Under the pieces are notes generated by a model, which was given only the letters and a program-made list of their open reading frames with translations, did no database searches and was not told the DNA's origin. The translations under genes were made by a program, and so were the position numbers. This document shows, piece by piece, positions 10,386 to 23,900 of a DNA stretch of 64,000 bases; within the stretch, counting starts at the first letter, position 1; each line of letters opens with the position of its first letter. This stretch comes from Catajapyx aquilonaris (Eukaryota). The stretch lies in the NCBI GenBank assembly GCA_000934665.2, contig JYFJ02001488.1, positions 1 to 64,000 of the forward strand, written 5' to 3'.

Positions 10386-13300
10386 ATTGATAGGCATTTT
10401 CAATATGCTCTTCTAGTCGTTAAAAATGTTTTGTCGTAGCTCAGGTGAGGGTTTATATTTTGTGAGTATTAGAGTGTGGGTGAAGAGAAATACTTCCCCT
10501 AATGAATACAGACCTATTGTAAGGTTAAAATGTCGACTTTTGATCACCTTTTAATTTTAAACATGTCTTGCAGATTTAACAAGTGTTTATGCCTATTCCT
10601 ATGATTACAGTATGGAGAAGGAAATAGTTTCACATCGGAAACGGAAATGAGAGCCTGCATCATGGATATGACTCCATAACTAATTATAAAAATTGTCCCA
10701 AGTGTGGTGCATTTAGGTAACTGGGTAAATGCCAAATACGAATGGAAATAGTAGCATACCTATAGCCTTCTATTGTAGAAAACATATCAAATGCTACGTG
10801 CAAAATAGTGGGTAAGTTATAGTGACACTGCGAGGTACAAATTAATATGCAGTGCCATTTGTTTGAATAAATGTAGGCAGCCAACGCTTTTAAAATACAT
10901 TTGCAGAGTTAAAATTAAACAAGGAAGTTTCTTCTGAAGTCTTAAAAATGTGACGCACGATAAGAAACTACAGTATTTGCCTTCCCAGCATTGTTCAGTG
11001 GGATCTTGTCCTGTCACAATATTACTCTGAATGAAACTGTAACCCATATCACACAAACGTGATGGACTGAACGAGATTTCTGAAGCCATTCAATGATTTT
11101 CAGCATGTAAGTTACAAAATAATTAGGCTTTTTGTTAATGCTGGTGGCTGTTTTGCCACATTTCTCTCATAATGAAGGTACAATAATAAGTTACACTACT
11201 GAATATTATCAGAGATCATCTAGGGCAACTTTGTCGCCATATTGAAGAGAGTATAGGTGCAGTAGATCCGGAGATAACATTTCTTGCCCAAAATTTCGAT
11301 TATTTAATATTCATGTTTCAAAAAACGCATTAAACTTTCCAACAACTATATGGAAATTCGGATAGTGTTAAGAAAGGATGCCGTTTTATTTAAATTTAGT
11401 AAAAGAAATAATGGCATGTAACATTCAATCTTGGAACGATAATGAATAACTGAACATTGCGCTTCTAACTCCGTTATGACCTCGGCGTAAATAAAACTTT
11501 TCCGACTAGAAGTGCGGAAAGGCCACAGTTTTTACCGCACTTACTGTATTAATGTGTTGTTGAGTCATCATGAAACCATAATATATTATACGCTGAGAGA
11601 AATTTTGCAATATTTGCCAAACAGCACCATCACGTATTGTTACTCTTAGTACCTACAGTAGTAATATTATTGCTTAATATAACTTCTGATAGTTTGCGAA
11701 ACTTCAGTTGTTATTATCTTCCATAGGGTGAACTGCATTTTGAAAAATGAAAAATGGCACAATGTGAATACGAAATAGTCTAATTATGTACTATTAGTGT
11801 TAACCCCCACCATTATCACGGAATGATTTTGCTTATGAGGTAGCCTGGATACATGGCAATGTGATACAGTGAGACTTTTAAAACGTCAGATTGTCGACAT
11901 ATTATTACGAAAAAGCGAAGGAGAAGCAGATCAAGTCATAAATATATTGTCCTGCTAATACAACGCTTTATGTTTAAGATCACAGTGATTTTTAAAGAAC
12001 AGATGTGTCCCGTGCCCTCTATTCCTCACATTATCATCATTTTAATTTATTACATTGAAATAAAATTAATATTTAATATTAACTAAAGTGTATTTGTTTT
12101 ATTTATTGTAATATAGCCAGTTATTAAAATATTTGGGCACTCCTTCGCAGGAACAGTGTTTACTATCATCTTAAAGTTCCTCTATAATATTACTCAATCA
12201 CACTTCTATATTTAAATCAGTATGTATAATTTTGAAAAAAGCAGAGGACAAGTACAAAATAATAATGCACAGTTTCTTAATCACATACGGCTATATAGTA
12301 CAACTGAATATGATACGGGCAAAAATCCGGGCACTCCAGCCGCCGCGCCGTGATTCCTGTCCCATAGGCTAAAATGCGCTAAAATGATTATTATCAATAT
12401 TGTTGTACCTTATATCCCTGATCATAAATTGGATTAAGAAACCCTGCGGAAGTGATTACGAATCTGATTAGAATGATTTGCGTTTTACTCGTTATCAGTC
12501 AATGTTTGAGGCGTTTGGCTCGAGGTCACGCCTGAATCTAATAATATGCATGCAATAGTAATTGTGCGAAAGCAAGCTTCGCAGCTAATACAGCAAAATA
12601 ACGAGACCTTGCGGGATAAGTTGCATCCACTGGAGGACATGTATTACGAGCCCAATGCATTCACCCCATTTGACTCAATGCATCCGAATTTGCAGGCAAC
12701 ATACAAGTGTACGTCATTTACCTATTCGCTGCGATCTCTTGGCAATCCTTCACATCATGAACCACAGGTTCTTGAACACAGAAACACTGATGACAATAAT
12801 AATATTTGTCCAATTGATCACTCACAACAGTGCGATGCCAGCTGTAAAGCCCGACTAGTGATGACCCACTGACTGATTTCTGATAAGTAACTGGTGCAGA
12901 GTTGGAAAACCTCGCTATATCCCATGCAACTGCCTGAAAATGGGGCCGGTACTGCGCTATATGAGATTATCTGTTAAAGTCCCTTGCACAGCACAGAAAT
13001 CCAAACTCCAGACAGTACTATACTGTATACGTACACACTTTCTAGTTAAATTTTTCACTGGTTCCTTGATGATGAAACAAAGTTGACTTCAATATATTGT
13101 TGGAAAACGACTCGTACCAAAAGAGAAGAATAATGTTGGTGCCTTGGAAAATTGTGTTGGAGCATTCATTACTATCTTACGCTCCATCATTATCAGCATG
13201 TAAAAGAGCTTAACAAGACGTGTTGTCGTCTTTGGAGCATTGCAATGCATTAAGTCACACTGCGTAACAATGCAGATTATGTTAACAATTATTTCGTAAC

Positions 13301-14849
13301 GTTCTTCTTGACATGCGCCGATTATAATAAAATGGAAATTATTCTAGCATATGTACGTACCTGTTTCATTACATCACTGTAAGTATGAATTATATAGTCA
13401 ATATTTGTTCCCACCATATTAACTAATTGCTCATGTTTACAGCAGTATTTCAGGGCACATATTTGAGGGTGGCTGGCAATGGTACATTATTGGGGACAAT
13501 GTGGTATGAGGTGCATCTGCAACTTGGAACATTATTAACATATTATAATCACACTAATGAAAATTGCCCTTTTTATTTATATAAGACTTGGCCCACTTAT
13601 TTAATTTATTTAACTTAATGTACACTTATGACATGATCATTGTTGCCAAAGGTGTGGGTAAAGGGCCCTTGTGTGTATACAATACAAACATAAAACAGTA
13701 GTTTGAAACACAATGTTAAGAAGGACAAATTGCCGGTTCATTATAAACCAATCAATGTAAAATAGTAAAAGAGATAATCTGTAGCACTTTCTCATCTCAA
13801 TTCCTTCAATTAGATTTTTTTGTGAAAATTCCCTTAATTTCTATTCTTACACCAATACAATTTTTATTTTTATTTTCATTCAAAAGATTTGAAAGGACAC
13901 TCATGGATCTTTGTTGCTTCTTTGTAGGCGAATAACATAGCTGATTGTCCAAATACCTTATTATTTTTTAAATCTTGACAAAACGCAAATTTGTTTGGAA
14001 GTCAGGGTTTTTGTTTATGGGGTGAGAAAGGAACGGAGCGGTGCGGTACAGATCTGGTTTAGGGTTTGATAGAAACACGCACGGAAAAAGCAGGCAAAGT
14101 GAGGAGGATCACCAGCGAACTCGGGGGGAGTCGAAGATTCATTCGTACGTCGAAAAAATTCGATCGTTCCAAAGCATTTTTTAAAAAGTTTCCTTTGTTC
14201 GGAGACAAGCATTTTTTTAAATACAAAAAAACACAAAAAAACAAGAAGAGCCTGTGTCCCATGTATGAATCCGTCGCTTTTAAACACGTCAGTCTGGACA
14301 GTACACCATTTGGTTTAAAATTTTTGGACTCCGTGGTTCGGGAGGGTTGTAGAGAAAACGCAATTGTGTATTGATGAGGACGGGCGTTTTTTGGTTGCGC
14401 TGAGAAAAAACACAGTCGCCATTTCTTCTTCAAAATCATAATTATTTTGGCCAGCTCCATTGGAGAGATTACTTTCCGTTCTCGCAATGTCCTTTGATTC
14501 AAGCACGGGTCGCACTACGGAGGTTTACTTGAGCTGTGTTTGAAAAATTTTCTTTTCCATGTCACGCCCATGATCGTGACCGTCGATCATTTAAGAAAGT
14601 ACACTGGGGTGTATTTTGTGGCACCGTTCAAGACTTTCCCTTTGACCAAGAAACGAGACCACACACGGCCAAGTCCTCTTGAGCACGCCGTACACTATAT
14701 GCAGAGGGAAAGCTTCCGAAGGTTCGCCCAAAAAACAGAAACCAAAAAATTTGATAAAAGAGAACAGAAAAAAAACCTTCGATCACGACATCAGAACGTT
14801 ATCCACGTATCGAAACTTTTTATAGTCGCCAGTCTGATTGGGCTATAGT

Positions 14850-14992
14850 TCACCTGTTCACCAAGAGAGAGTGTAGAAGCAGCGTCATGCCGGGAAGGGA
14901 GCAAAGCATCACTTGCAGCCAGTGGTCCCCGGTTCTGCCAACGGATGACGCCGCAGATGTCTTCCGCCTCTGGATGGCTGCCATTTTGTCCC
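14850..14992 (-). CDS. dpr12: dpr12-like last coding exon: probable GPI-anchor signal
   Basis: Acceptor tttttcAG, phase 1; (G)DKMAAIQRRKTSAASSVGRTGDHWLQVMLCSLPGMTLLLHSLLVNR*. Small-residue stretch followed by a hydrophobic C-terminus, as is typical of Dpr proteins. Confidence 0.85.
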
Positions 14993-17900
14993 CTGAAAAA
15001 CGTGCGGACAGTTCTTACAGCGATTCCTAGTCCAAGCCTTGTGGGCCTCGGATTACTACAACAGGGGAAGGGAATGTGGCCCACACCACTTATGATGTTG
15101 ACTCAGACAAACTTGCCTACGACACTTCCATCGCCTCGCGTCTAATTCTCATAACACTCATAAGTTGAATTTAAATTAACAACATAAAACGACTAAATCC
15201 GGACAGTGAAATTTTCCGGATATAATGACCATTGTTGGAAAACAATTAATAACAATGGAAATCCCATGGGCTTAGAGCGGAACTCGCGTTGATGCAACCA
15301 GGCCTTAGAAAGTTTGTCTGAATCATTAGCCTATGGAATGTAAACACCATGCAATTTTGGTAGAGTAGAACACAGGTTCGTCAAGATTGCAGTGCTGGGG
15401 GGTATCGATCAGATGCTTCATACTTGATTTTCAGGGCAATATGGACAGCGATATAAGCTTTCAATGGGTAGTCAATTAGGATGAGTTATGCCGGGGTTTT
15501 GCGCAAGCTTGAAAATATTTTTAGGTGCCGATATGAAATGCTGCCAAATTGCTTTTTAAGGATAGCTCTGGCCAAATTTCGGGCGCTGCTAAACCTTTTT
15601 TTTTTGATTTTGCGCGTAAAAGAATGCTATAGGAGAAATCACGGGACCAGTCGACTATACAGCGACGCTTCCTTAATGAAGTACCGTTACGTTACTTCAA
15701 GGAACTGTCGAAAACTCTTTTGGAAAATGTCATTCCTGCAACTTTTATGATATTTTTGACCACTTATTCGCTCCGAAGATCCCAACAGAAACGACGTACT
15801 TCATAGACACACATCACCAACAACTAATGTACTATTTTACAGTATAAGCGTTTGGTAGGTGGAATTGTTTATGAATGGTCAGTTTTCTTCACATCTGTTG
15901 CTCTATATAAATTTAACACTGAATATGAGAAGGGTAGTACACCACTGACAGTAGTTCAAGAAATGTATGTGGAGGGAGATGTTACCGATTGTTCGCCCCA
16001 GCAACCAAGGGTATGGCCCATACTCAGTGGTTGTGATTTCTACTTCTTAAACTATAATTACTGAAGTGTTATGGTTAAAAAATCCCCTGTATATGAAGAG
16101 TATGGGATGAAATATGTACCTTATTTTTCGCTCTTTCCACTTTTTCACTTTTTTGAAAGACCGTTAAGAGTATTGGGTAGACCTGCACTCTGCACGTTTT
16201 ATAACTATTTGATTCACAAAGTAATCCTCTTATGAACCATAAAATCCCATTACCTCATCGGTGCACGAAATCAATAAGATGACTGTAGTCTGCAGTGCGT
16301 AGCGGATGAGGGAACGGGGAGGCTGGAAGAGCACATACTTGTACTTTAATTGGCATCCCATGGCCTATATGATATAAGGCAGTAAAAGGCTTTCCCCCAG
16401 CAGCAGCAGCAGATATATTCACCTTCCCTTATTCCCTCCTCCATTTTACTTTGCCGCCAAAGTCTCGGAGGAGCAACTCTAATTCCTGCCTTACTTTTCC
16501 TCGCAAATAAAGTACTGGGAAGAAAACGGGGGAGGGCGAGCGCATATCTCTTGCTATTTGTTACCAGAGTTTGGGGCCAAGTCTTGCGTGCTACCACCGC
16601 ACTTCATCAAAGTGCGGCACAGGAAATCTCAAGCCCAGATTTTCTTCCCCCAGCATCCTCCGTCTTATATACGAAACATGATGAAACCAAAAAGTCTGCG
16701 AATTTTAAGCCTCTCTTTTACCACATCCTTTTCCTGTATATAAAATGGGTAGAAAATTGGTAGAAAATCATTTGGCATACCCTGTACTGATCGTATGTCC
16801 CTGCCATTGTTGAGTCTCGTCTCTTTAACCCTGCAGGTCACATAATACCTGGTGGCCAACAGAAAGAATGCCCCCGTTCACATGAGGCATGCATAACACG
16901 CGACCCCACCAGTATTGAGCCCCCCCACCTCATGACAAAAAGCAAACTAATTGTTTGCGGTGCTGAAAGAACACGAAAGGCCGACGGAATGCAAAACTCG
17001 GGGAGCAAGTAAAAGCGAGATCAATAGCATGGTAGGGTTAAAAGGGAGGGTTTAGAATCCGGGGGCTTAATCGTACTTTTTATTTTTTATTTTTTTTTTT
17101 GGGGGGGGGNGGGGTACCCTTGGCTTTTCAGAGCGCGGGAAAAGGCTCAATGATTATCTCCCATTGTGCAGCAGACTCGCTTTAATTAGTTGTCACGGCC
17201 AGTAGGAGGCGAAACTTGGCGTATCTCATCTAATTAGGTCAAAGACACCATGGTTGTGGAAGCAGGAGGATGGGAGAGATATATGTCCGCTTTTAACATT
17301 GTGGTTTTTGATCTAAAACGGGGTTTTTTAAATATATAAAAGGGCAGAAACCACTTGAACCATATTTGTAGCCATAATCGCCACTTCATTAGCATTATAG
17401 CCTGGAGGATGCTTGAACCTGGCTGTGACAAACAAGCCTGCACTGTATGGAGAGCTCATATGGTAAAGGTATACTGTATGTACAGTACAAGGTCATTTTA
17501 TTTATAAATTCCTTTTTTGAACGTACTCGAAGCTAGTGAAAATGCAGGGTTTACACACAGTTTTTTTATTTGGGTGGATTTGTATGAACCTATAATGCGC
17601 CTATAAATCATTTTAGGCCAAACATGATCGAGATGTTTTCCAATATTTTGATTCTGCATTTTACGCGGTGTCGCCTTAATGCATGTTAATATTTTTTATT
17701 ATTAAAATAGCGTCAGAGTGTTCCACGCTCTAGTTATGTCAAAGGACTGTAGTACCCAATGCAAAACAAACACTTCGAGCGCAGTAATGACATTAGGTGC
17801 TTTCAAAAGGGTTTCTGTAGCATCGGCGGTTCTTCATAATATGAATAGGTTAATAAATGATCACTTATGAAAAGCATGTTAAAACCACTGTCTACGCTCA

Positions 17901-20900
17901 TCATCATATTACAGCTTCAGTATACGTACGGTTTATTTAATTTTGATGTGCAGTGCAGAATTGCCGGGAACAAGCAAAAAAAAACTCTTGAAAACTCCAA
18001 TTTCAAGCTACCACTTCTGCTCTAATTGAAAAAAAAAATCATCGCTCGTACTGTAAGTACACTTGTACAGTTTACTGTCCTTTGAAGGATATTGCTTATC
18101 CTGTGACATTTTGAAAAACCATGCTGATGTTTTATAGGTCATGATAGCAGAAGAACAGACACGAGTTACTCACCATCAGCCCCAAACTATCATACCGAGT
18201 TTATGTCCCATCATATTGAGTATGCCGATAATACACATAATTTTCGCTGCAATGACTTGCGTGTCTCTGCATTTAAAATGTCAACAGCGAAGAAAACTGA
18301 CCACTGTCGTCCCTGCTCACAACAGAATGAACACATAACAAGAGACATAATGAGAACAGCTTTCACATATCATACAGGGTGTTTCACAAGGATCCAGACA
18401 ATCTGTAAAGGTATATTAGTCTCCGTTTAGCATTAATCATCCTTAAGACACTTCCATCGCCTCAGCGACTCTCTGATGCACCAAATGACACCGGTTCACA
18501 CGCTCACCCAAAACCTTTGCCCGAAACACCCTGTATGCGTCGGATGAGAACAACAGAATGCACTCTTTTGTAATATAGTGGAATGAGTGAAGAGGAGGCG
18601 TGAGAAAAAGCTGTGTCGGCTTGGCTGCGTACATTTTCCTCTCCCACCTTCCGAGACGAAGACGTAGACGCTGGCCGGCTCTGCATTGGCGGCCATGCAC
18701 GTGTAGTTCCCGGAGTCGGTGTACCGGGCGTCCCGGATCACCAGACGACTGTGCGTCTTCGGACCGGGCTCCGTCTGCACCGCGATGCCTCCTCGGGCCG
18801 TGTCGTAGTTTATCATCCTCTCGTTGTGGTACCAGAACACGTACTGAGGAGGCGCTGGGCTCTGGAAATATGGAAGATGTCAACACCAAACAGCAACATA
18901 ATGCAAAACTATAATAAAATATTAATATAAGTTAATAAAATCTTTCTCCTAATAGGCTTATTCTCTCCGTCCGATGTTTGCCCAATCTGATATTACTGCT
19001 CGCACGACCTGAAGGTGGCAGTAGTGTGCAGAAGGAGTATGCTCCATCTATGTATGAAGAATAAAACTACGTGGCGAATCGGCGGGGCGGCTCATTAAAG
19101 TTGTTTGATTATTATTGTCATACTGATTTAATAGGTTTTCCCAAATATTGGCAACGGGTTCACTAGTTTAATAGTGACTGGGATTCACTCTGTCTTTGTT
19201 ACAAAGCTTTCCCTTTCATCGTGCTGAAGGGTTAACCTTTTTTCAGTCTTCATACAATATTCAAGATTGCGTACATTTTCTAGTACCGCCTAGGGATGTT
19301 CTTGCTTCATTGCAACGAGTACTTTATTCATAACTTCCTGTACCGGTACGTGTCCTACTGAATTTATGATCCGCGTTCACCGACCGCAGCAGCAGTCCAT
19401 CCGGGGAAAACCTGGCACCAATAACTCCCCCTCTTATTATCCCGGACTCGTCTCCTAAGTTGCTCCGGATTAGTCCATCATTGATGAAAACACAGGCCCT
19501 GGAAATGCGACTTGTACTTTCCATCCAACAGCTTTTTTTTTAAAAAAAATCGGTTCTGGGAAAAAAAATAAGCGTGGAGCGAACTGGGAAATTAAGTCCA
19601 CGCTGCAAAGTGCGCTCAAGATGCTTTCATTTTTCATTCCGTCACGCGCCTAATCAACTTGTTGACGTGGCCCTTGCTTTAATAAGCACTAGCTGACAGA
19701 AATGTGGGTCAAGGGTAACACGCTAATGAGATGTGGATGTCCTGAAGGGGGAGAGATGGCTCGGTTATTAAATGGCTGGTTTAATCAAGTGCTCACACCC
19801 TCCCCTCGACGTTTATATTCCTATTACAGCCCCTAACCCCCCCTAGATTGTGTGTGTCCCCCTAACTCTGTAAAATTTATGAAAGAACTTGGCAATATTA
19901 GGCATATCGACATTTTGTAAATTATCGATTCGTATGTGCAATATTATTTATCGAAAACTGAAACAGTCAGCTATGAAGCAGTTAGTGAACATAGGCATCA
20001 AATATAGTAAATAAATAAATAGGGGAGGGTCATACATGTAGCCCACAAACGAAAATATCAGTGTTAAAAAACTGATATCGCTGATCCTGAATATCGCAAA
20101 TTCGGCATGAGTTGACATAATGTCTATGGCGTGTTCGAGATATCGCAGTTACCAACACGTAAGCTGCGTATAACCGGAGAAGGATTTACCATAATGGGCT
20201 TGAACTGCCGGGATTTGTGTATATGCATGCAGATTTAGCCCCGTTTACTCCGAGCAGCCAACAGCTTCGCTCCTGATAGGGAAACAAGCCAAAGTTGATA
20301 AGCTTGGACCATGGGATAAGGATGTTTCGGTGCTCTCTGTCTGTAGAGAGAAGGGAATGAGCAAAAGGCACACGTTGGGTGGGTGGGAGTTGTGTGGTCT
20401 AGAAACCCAAGAAAGTTTCTCAACTCCTTTGAAGTCCACACCTAAGTTCCTGTGGTGAGTCCCAGACCTTTAGCCTCCCCACCCAACCCCCTTGAAGACC
20501 CCATCTTCTGGCGAGTTTCCCCCTGCCGTTTTGCCGCTGGTTTTCCCTAATTAGGCTCCCGGAGTTTACTTAGGAGAGTCAACACGATTCACTGAGAGTA
20601 GGTGATGAATTAGTAAAACTTTAACCGGATAGTATAGCTAACTAATTACTTGTCTGTGTGCGGGCAGAGTAGGGAAAGAAAAGGAAGGAAAATCAGGGCG
20701 AGGCAACAGCCGGTGAGAGAGGATGAGTTATATGCTTTCAGCGCATTATTAATAAAACTGGTGTCGTCCGCTCATCTAACAAAGTACATGGTGATAAGAG
20801 CTGGATTTTGAAATTTAGTGGCATACTGTTAGGCAGGCTTACTGCAAAATTTACTTACAACATTTTGGTACGCAATATATTTCAAATAGCAGGGGACCCG

Positions 20901-23900
20901 TTCTTCGCGGGCGATTGATAAATTAATCTGACGCAATTTCCGCAGACGAGACACCAAACATTATTTTTTAAACAAAAAAATGCTAAATTTAGGGTATTTA
21001 GACTCAAACAATTATTGCAGGTTTCGGACTTTTCCCTTAATCAGATGCGCGTAAGACGTAAGTGTGCCAAGTTTCAGCACTCTCAGAACTCCTAAAGTTG
21101 GTTAGGCAGCCGTGACATACATAAATACCAACAAACCTTATGCTTTATATATACATATGCCTGTAAAATTGCCAATATTGAATTTTTCACAAAATTCAAT
21201 ATTCGCAATTTTACATGCTTTGTATACGATTCAAGCCCAATAATGAAAATACATCGAGGCTTACATTATCTGGATTAGTATGTTAGCCTCTTCGATTTAG
21301 TACACACATTCACTAATTTTAATATCCATTACCTAACCATTTTAATTTTAGTTGCATTTCAGCTGATCCAAAAAAATCCCTCAAATTCATCGCCTCCGCC
21401 AGCAAAAAAAAATCCGGAGATTGCAATTATTTCAGCCTGTGGGATTTGAGTGCCACCAAAGTTAAGCTCATCGATTCCTTCACGCCGTTACGCACCATCC
21501 ACAGAGGGTCGCGTGGGTCGCTTACCAAATCGACTTTTTGCACCCTCCAAAAAAAGTTCTTCTCCCCCCCCCCCCCCNGGCGCCCACCTTGCAAGAAGGT
21601 CAAAAAGTTGAGCCCACAGTGAGCTTCACTCATCCTGACTTGGTGGCACCGGGGCTTAACTGGGAAAGTCCCAAAGTTGGCGAAAGGATCGAGTCCCATT
21701 GGCTAACCTAGGACTTTGGCCAATTAGGAGCATCGCCCCCGGGACATTTTGGGCTCCCCCCCCCCCACCATCCCAACAACTTTTTGTTTTATATCAAGGC
21801 CGCTTTACTCTTTTGCAGTTTCCTTCAGCCATAATGCGCAGAGTGGTACTTGAATCAACAACCTGGAGCCTTCATCAGAAGTGGGCGCGGAAATAAAAGG
21901 AGCGACAATTAAAAAAGAAACCGTTCGGCTTTTATCCGCTTTTTTTCAGCAGAAAAAAAAGTAAACGTGTTCTAAAACCCACTGGCTACATGGAAAAAAG
22001 GGAAACGTGGTATCGAATTCCTATGCGAACAGAAAAAGAGAGAGTTTTAAGGGACAGGAAGTAGAGTTGGTGGGAGGGGGGAATAACACTCTCTTGTTAT
22101 TTAGGACCTTCTTTGAACTTGGGGAAACGACGTTCACTGCCTCACAAATGCACAGTTATTGGGATTTGAGGCGGCGAAATGTTTGTTGAACGACGTTAGC
22201 GTTTCCAATTCACATTGCATTAAATTTTCTACCGGGTAGAAAGTTTAGGAATAGTCGAACCAATCCTACTGTCCCTATCGATAGTCACATCACGTTTCAC
22301 TGTCAAAATTAATATAATTGTGGTATGCTGGTTGACAAAAATATTGTTTGCAGGAAACGTATATTAAATCTGCATAACTGATGAAACGCATGTTTCCATT
22401 CAATTTCGAATAACTAATGCAGCATCAATATACATTTCCCACAGAAAACGTATGTCCTTCCAAAAAGCTTTTCCTCAACTTTTAAAGCTCCATTTTCCAA
22501 TCGTTTACCACACTTCCACCCTACTTCCTGAAACCCCAAGTTCTCACTAAAGTTTTGCGGTATCTGGGAATTGTACTGACTTCCCCTAGAAAACTTCCCT
22601 CTCAAACTTGTAGTCGAAAAGCAGTCCCCATATTTAAAACCACTACCCTCTCTCTTTTTTTTATTAAAAAAAAAGAACCGGTAAGGCAAAGTTGTCGAGT
22701 AATTTTCACCCACAAAATAAAGTACGAGAAAACAATTACTGAAATCCGAACAATATTGGTAGTTTTTTTTTTAAACGGGAATTCCCCCTCCACTCTTGTT
22801 GAAGTGAACCCATATTTTGTGGATGGATAGAATAGGTTTGCCCAGCAGCTAAAAGAAGGGGGTTTCGTATACAAGCTTGTTCCATTACCAGGAAGATCTC
22901 CCCCCCCCCCTTCCCAAATCCAGCTCCGGGGCGATATGCTATTTGCATCCGGGAAATTCCGGGTAATTGCAGGGCTGGGGCTGCCATGTCGCTTGGCTGG
23001 GGTCCGCTCCACGTCGGAATTAATCAATTAGGAAAGAAAATTGGCCTCCTTACCACCAATGCGGATAATTAAAGGCGGACTTGGTGTAACGTCACTCATT
23101 TGCCCAGACCGGATAATCCGGGCCCAATTACCGGGGAGGGTGAAAATTGTCCGCTATTTGTGCCCTGTAATGCCTTCAATCTCTCTTGGGATTTGCGAAG
23201 TTCTTATCCTCCATAAGTGGGAAAGAAGTTGCGAAATGTTTGGGTAAAGTTAAGTACCTGATGATGTAAATTTCAATTAATTTATAGTACAGGGTGGCCC
23301 CATCTAGGGTCAGTACAAAGAAGTGCGCAAGTGCTAGTTTTAAACCCCGTTCACAGCAGGTAACGATCAGCGTGGGTCTAAGTGGCACAGTAGTAATCGG
23401 CACGGTGTAATGCGATTTACGTAATTAACTGCAAGCTTCCGGATCAATGGACGGCCCTTGCTGCACTTTCCACCCAAGCTTTGCATCCATGATTTTTTTG
23501 TTTGTAAAAAAAGCCGTATAAAAATCGTCCGATGCCTGCAACGGATATGTTTTAACAACACAGCAGCTTTTGACTTGCAACATAGGCCGTAACCTGAGTA
23601 ATGACCGGGTTTTCATGGCTCAGATAGAAGCCGGACATGTTACCTTTTCGATAATGCACACGAGGCTGATGGTACTGCCCTTATCCACATGGTATTCGCC
23701 GTTGCCCAAAATAAAGGCCTCGGGAACCACCACGTGGAGGTTGACAAATGAGGAGAGGATGCCAGTTCCTGTCGAAACCTGAAACGAAAAAAATATATGT
23801 GTAAGTGCATGAAGTACATCGCATTATAAATGACAGCATAATTTTGGCGCAGCATCTTTATTGGCGGCTTGCTCAATATAAGAAGCGTATTTTGCTCGAA

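Noticed and set aside
12546..12872. 108-aa plus-strand ORF between the lectin and dpr12 3' ends
   Set aside because: No recognisable domain or exon partners; this length can occur by chance.
14015..14848. Cluster of Lys/Phe-rich ORFs
   Set aside because: They lie in the probable dpr12 3' UTR, and their composition comes from A/T homopolymer runs.
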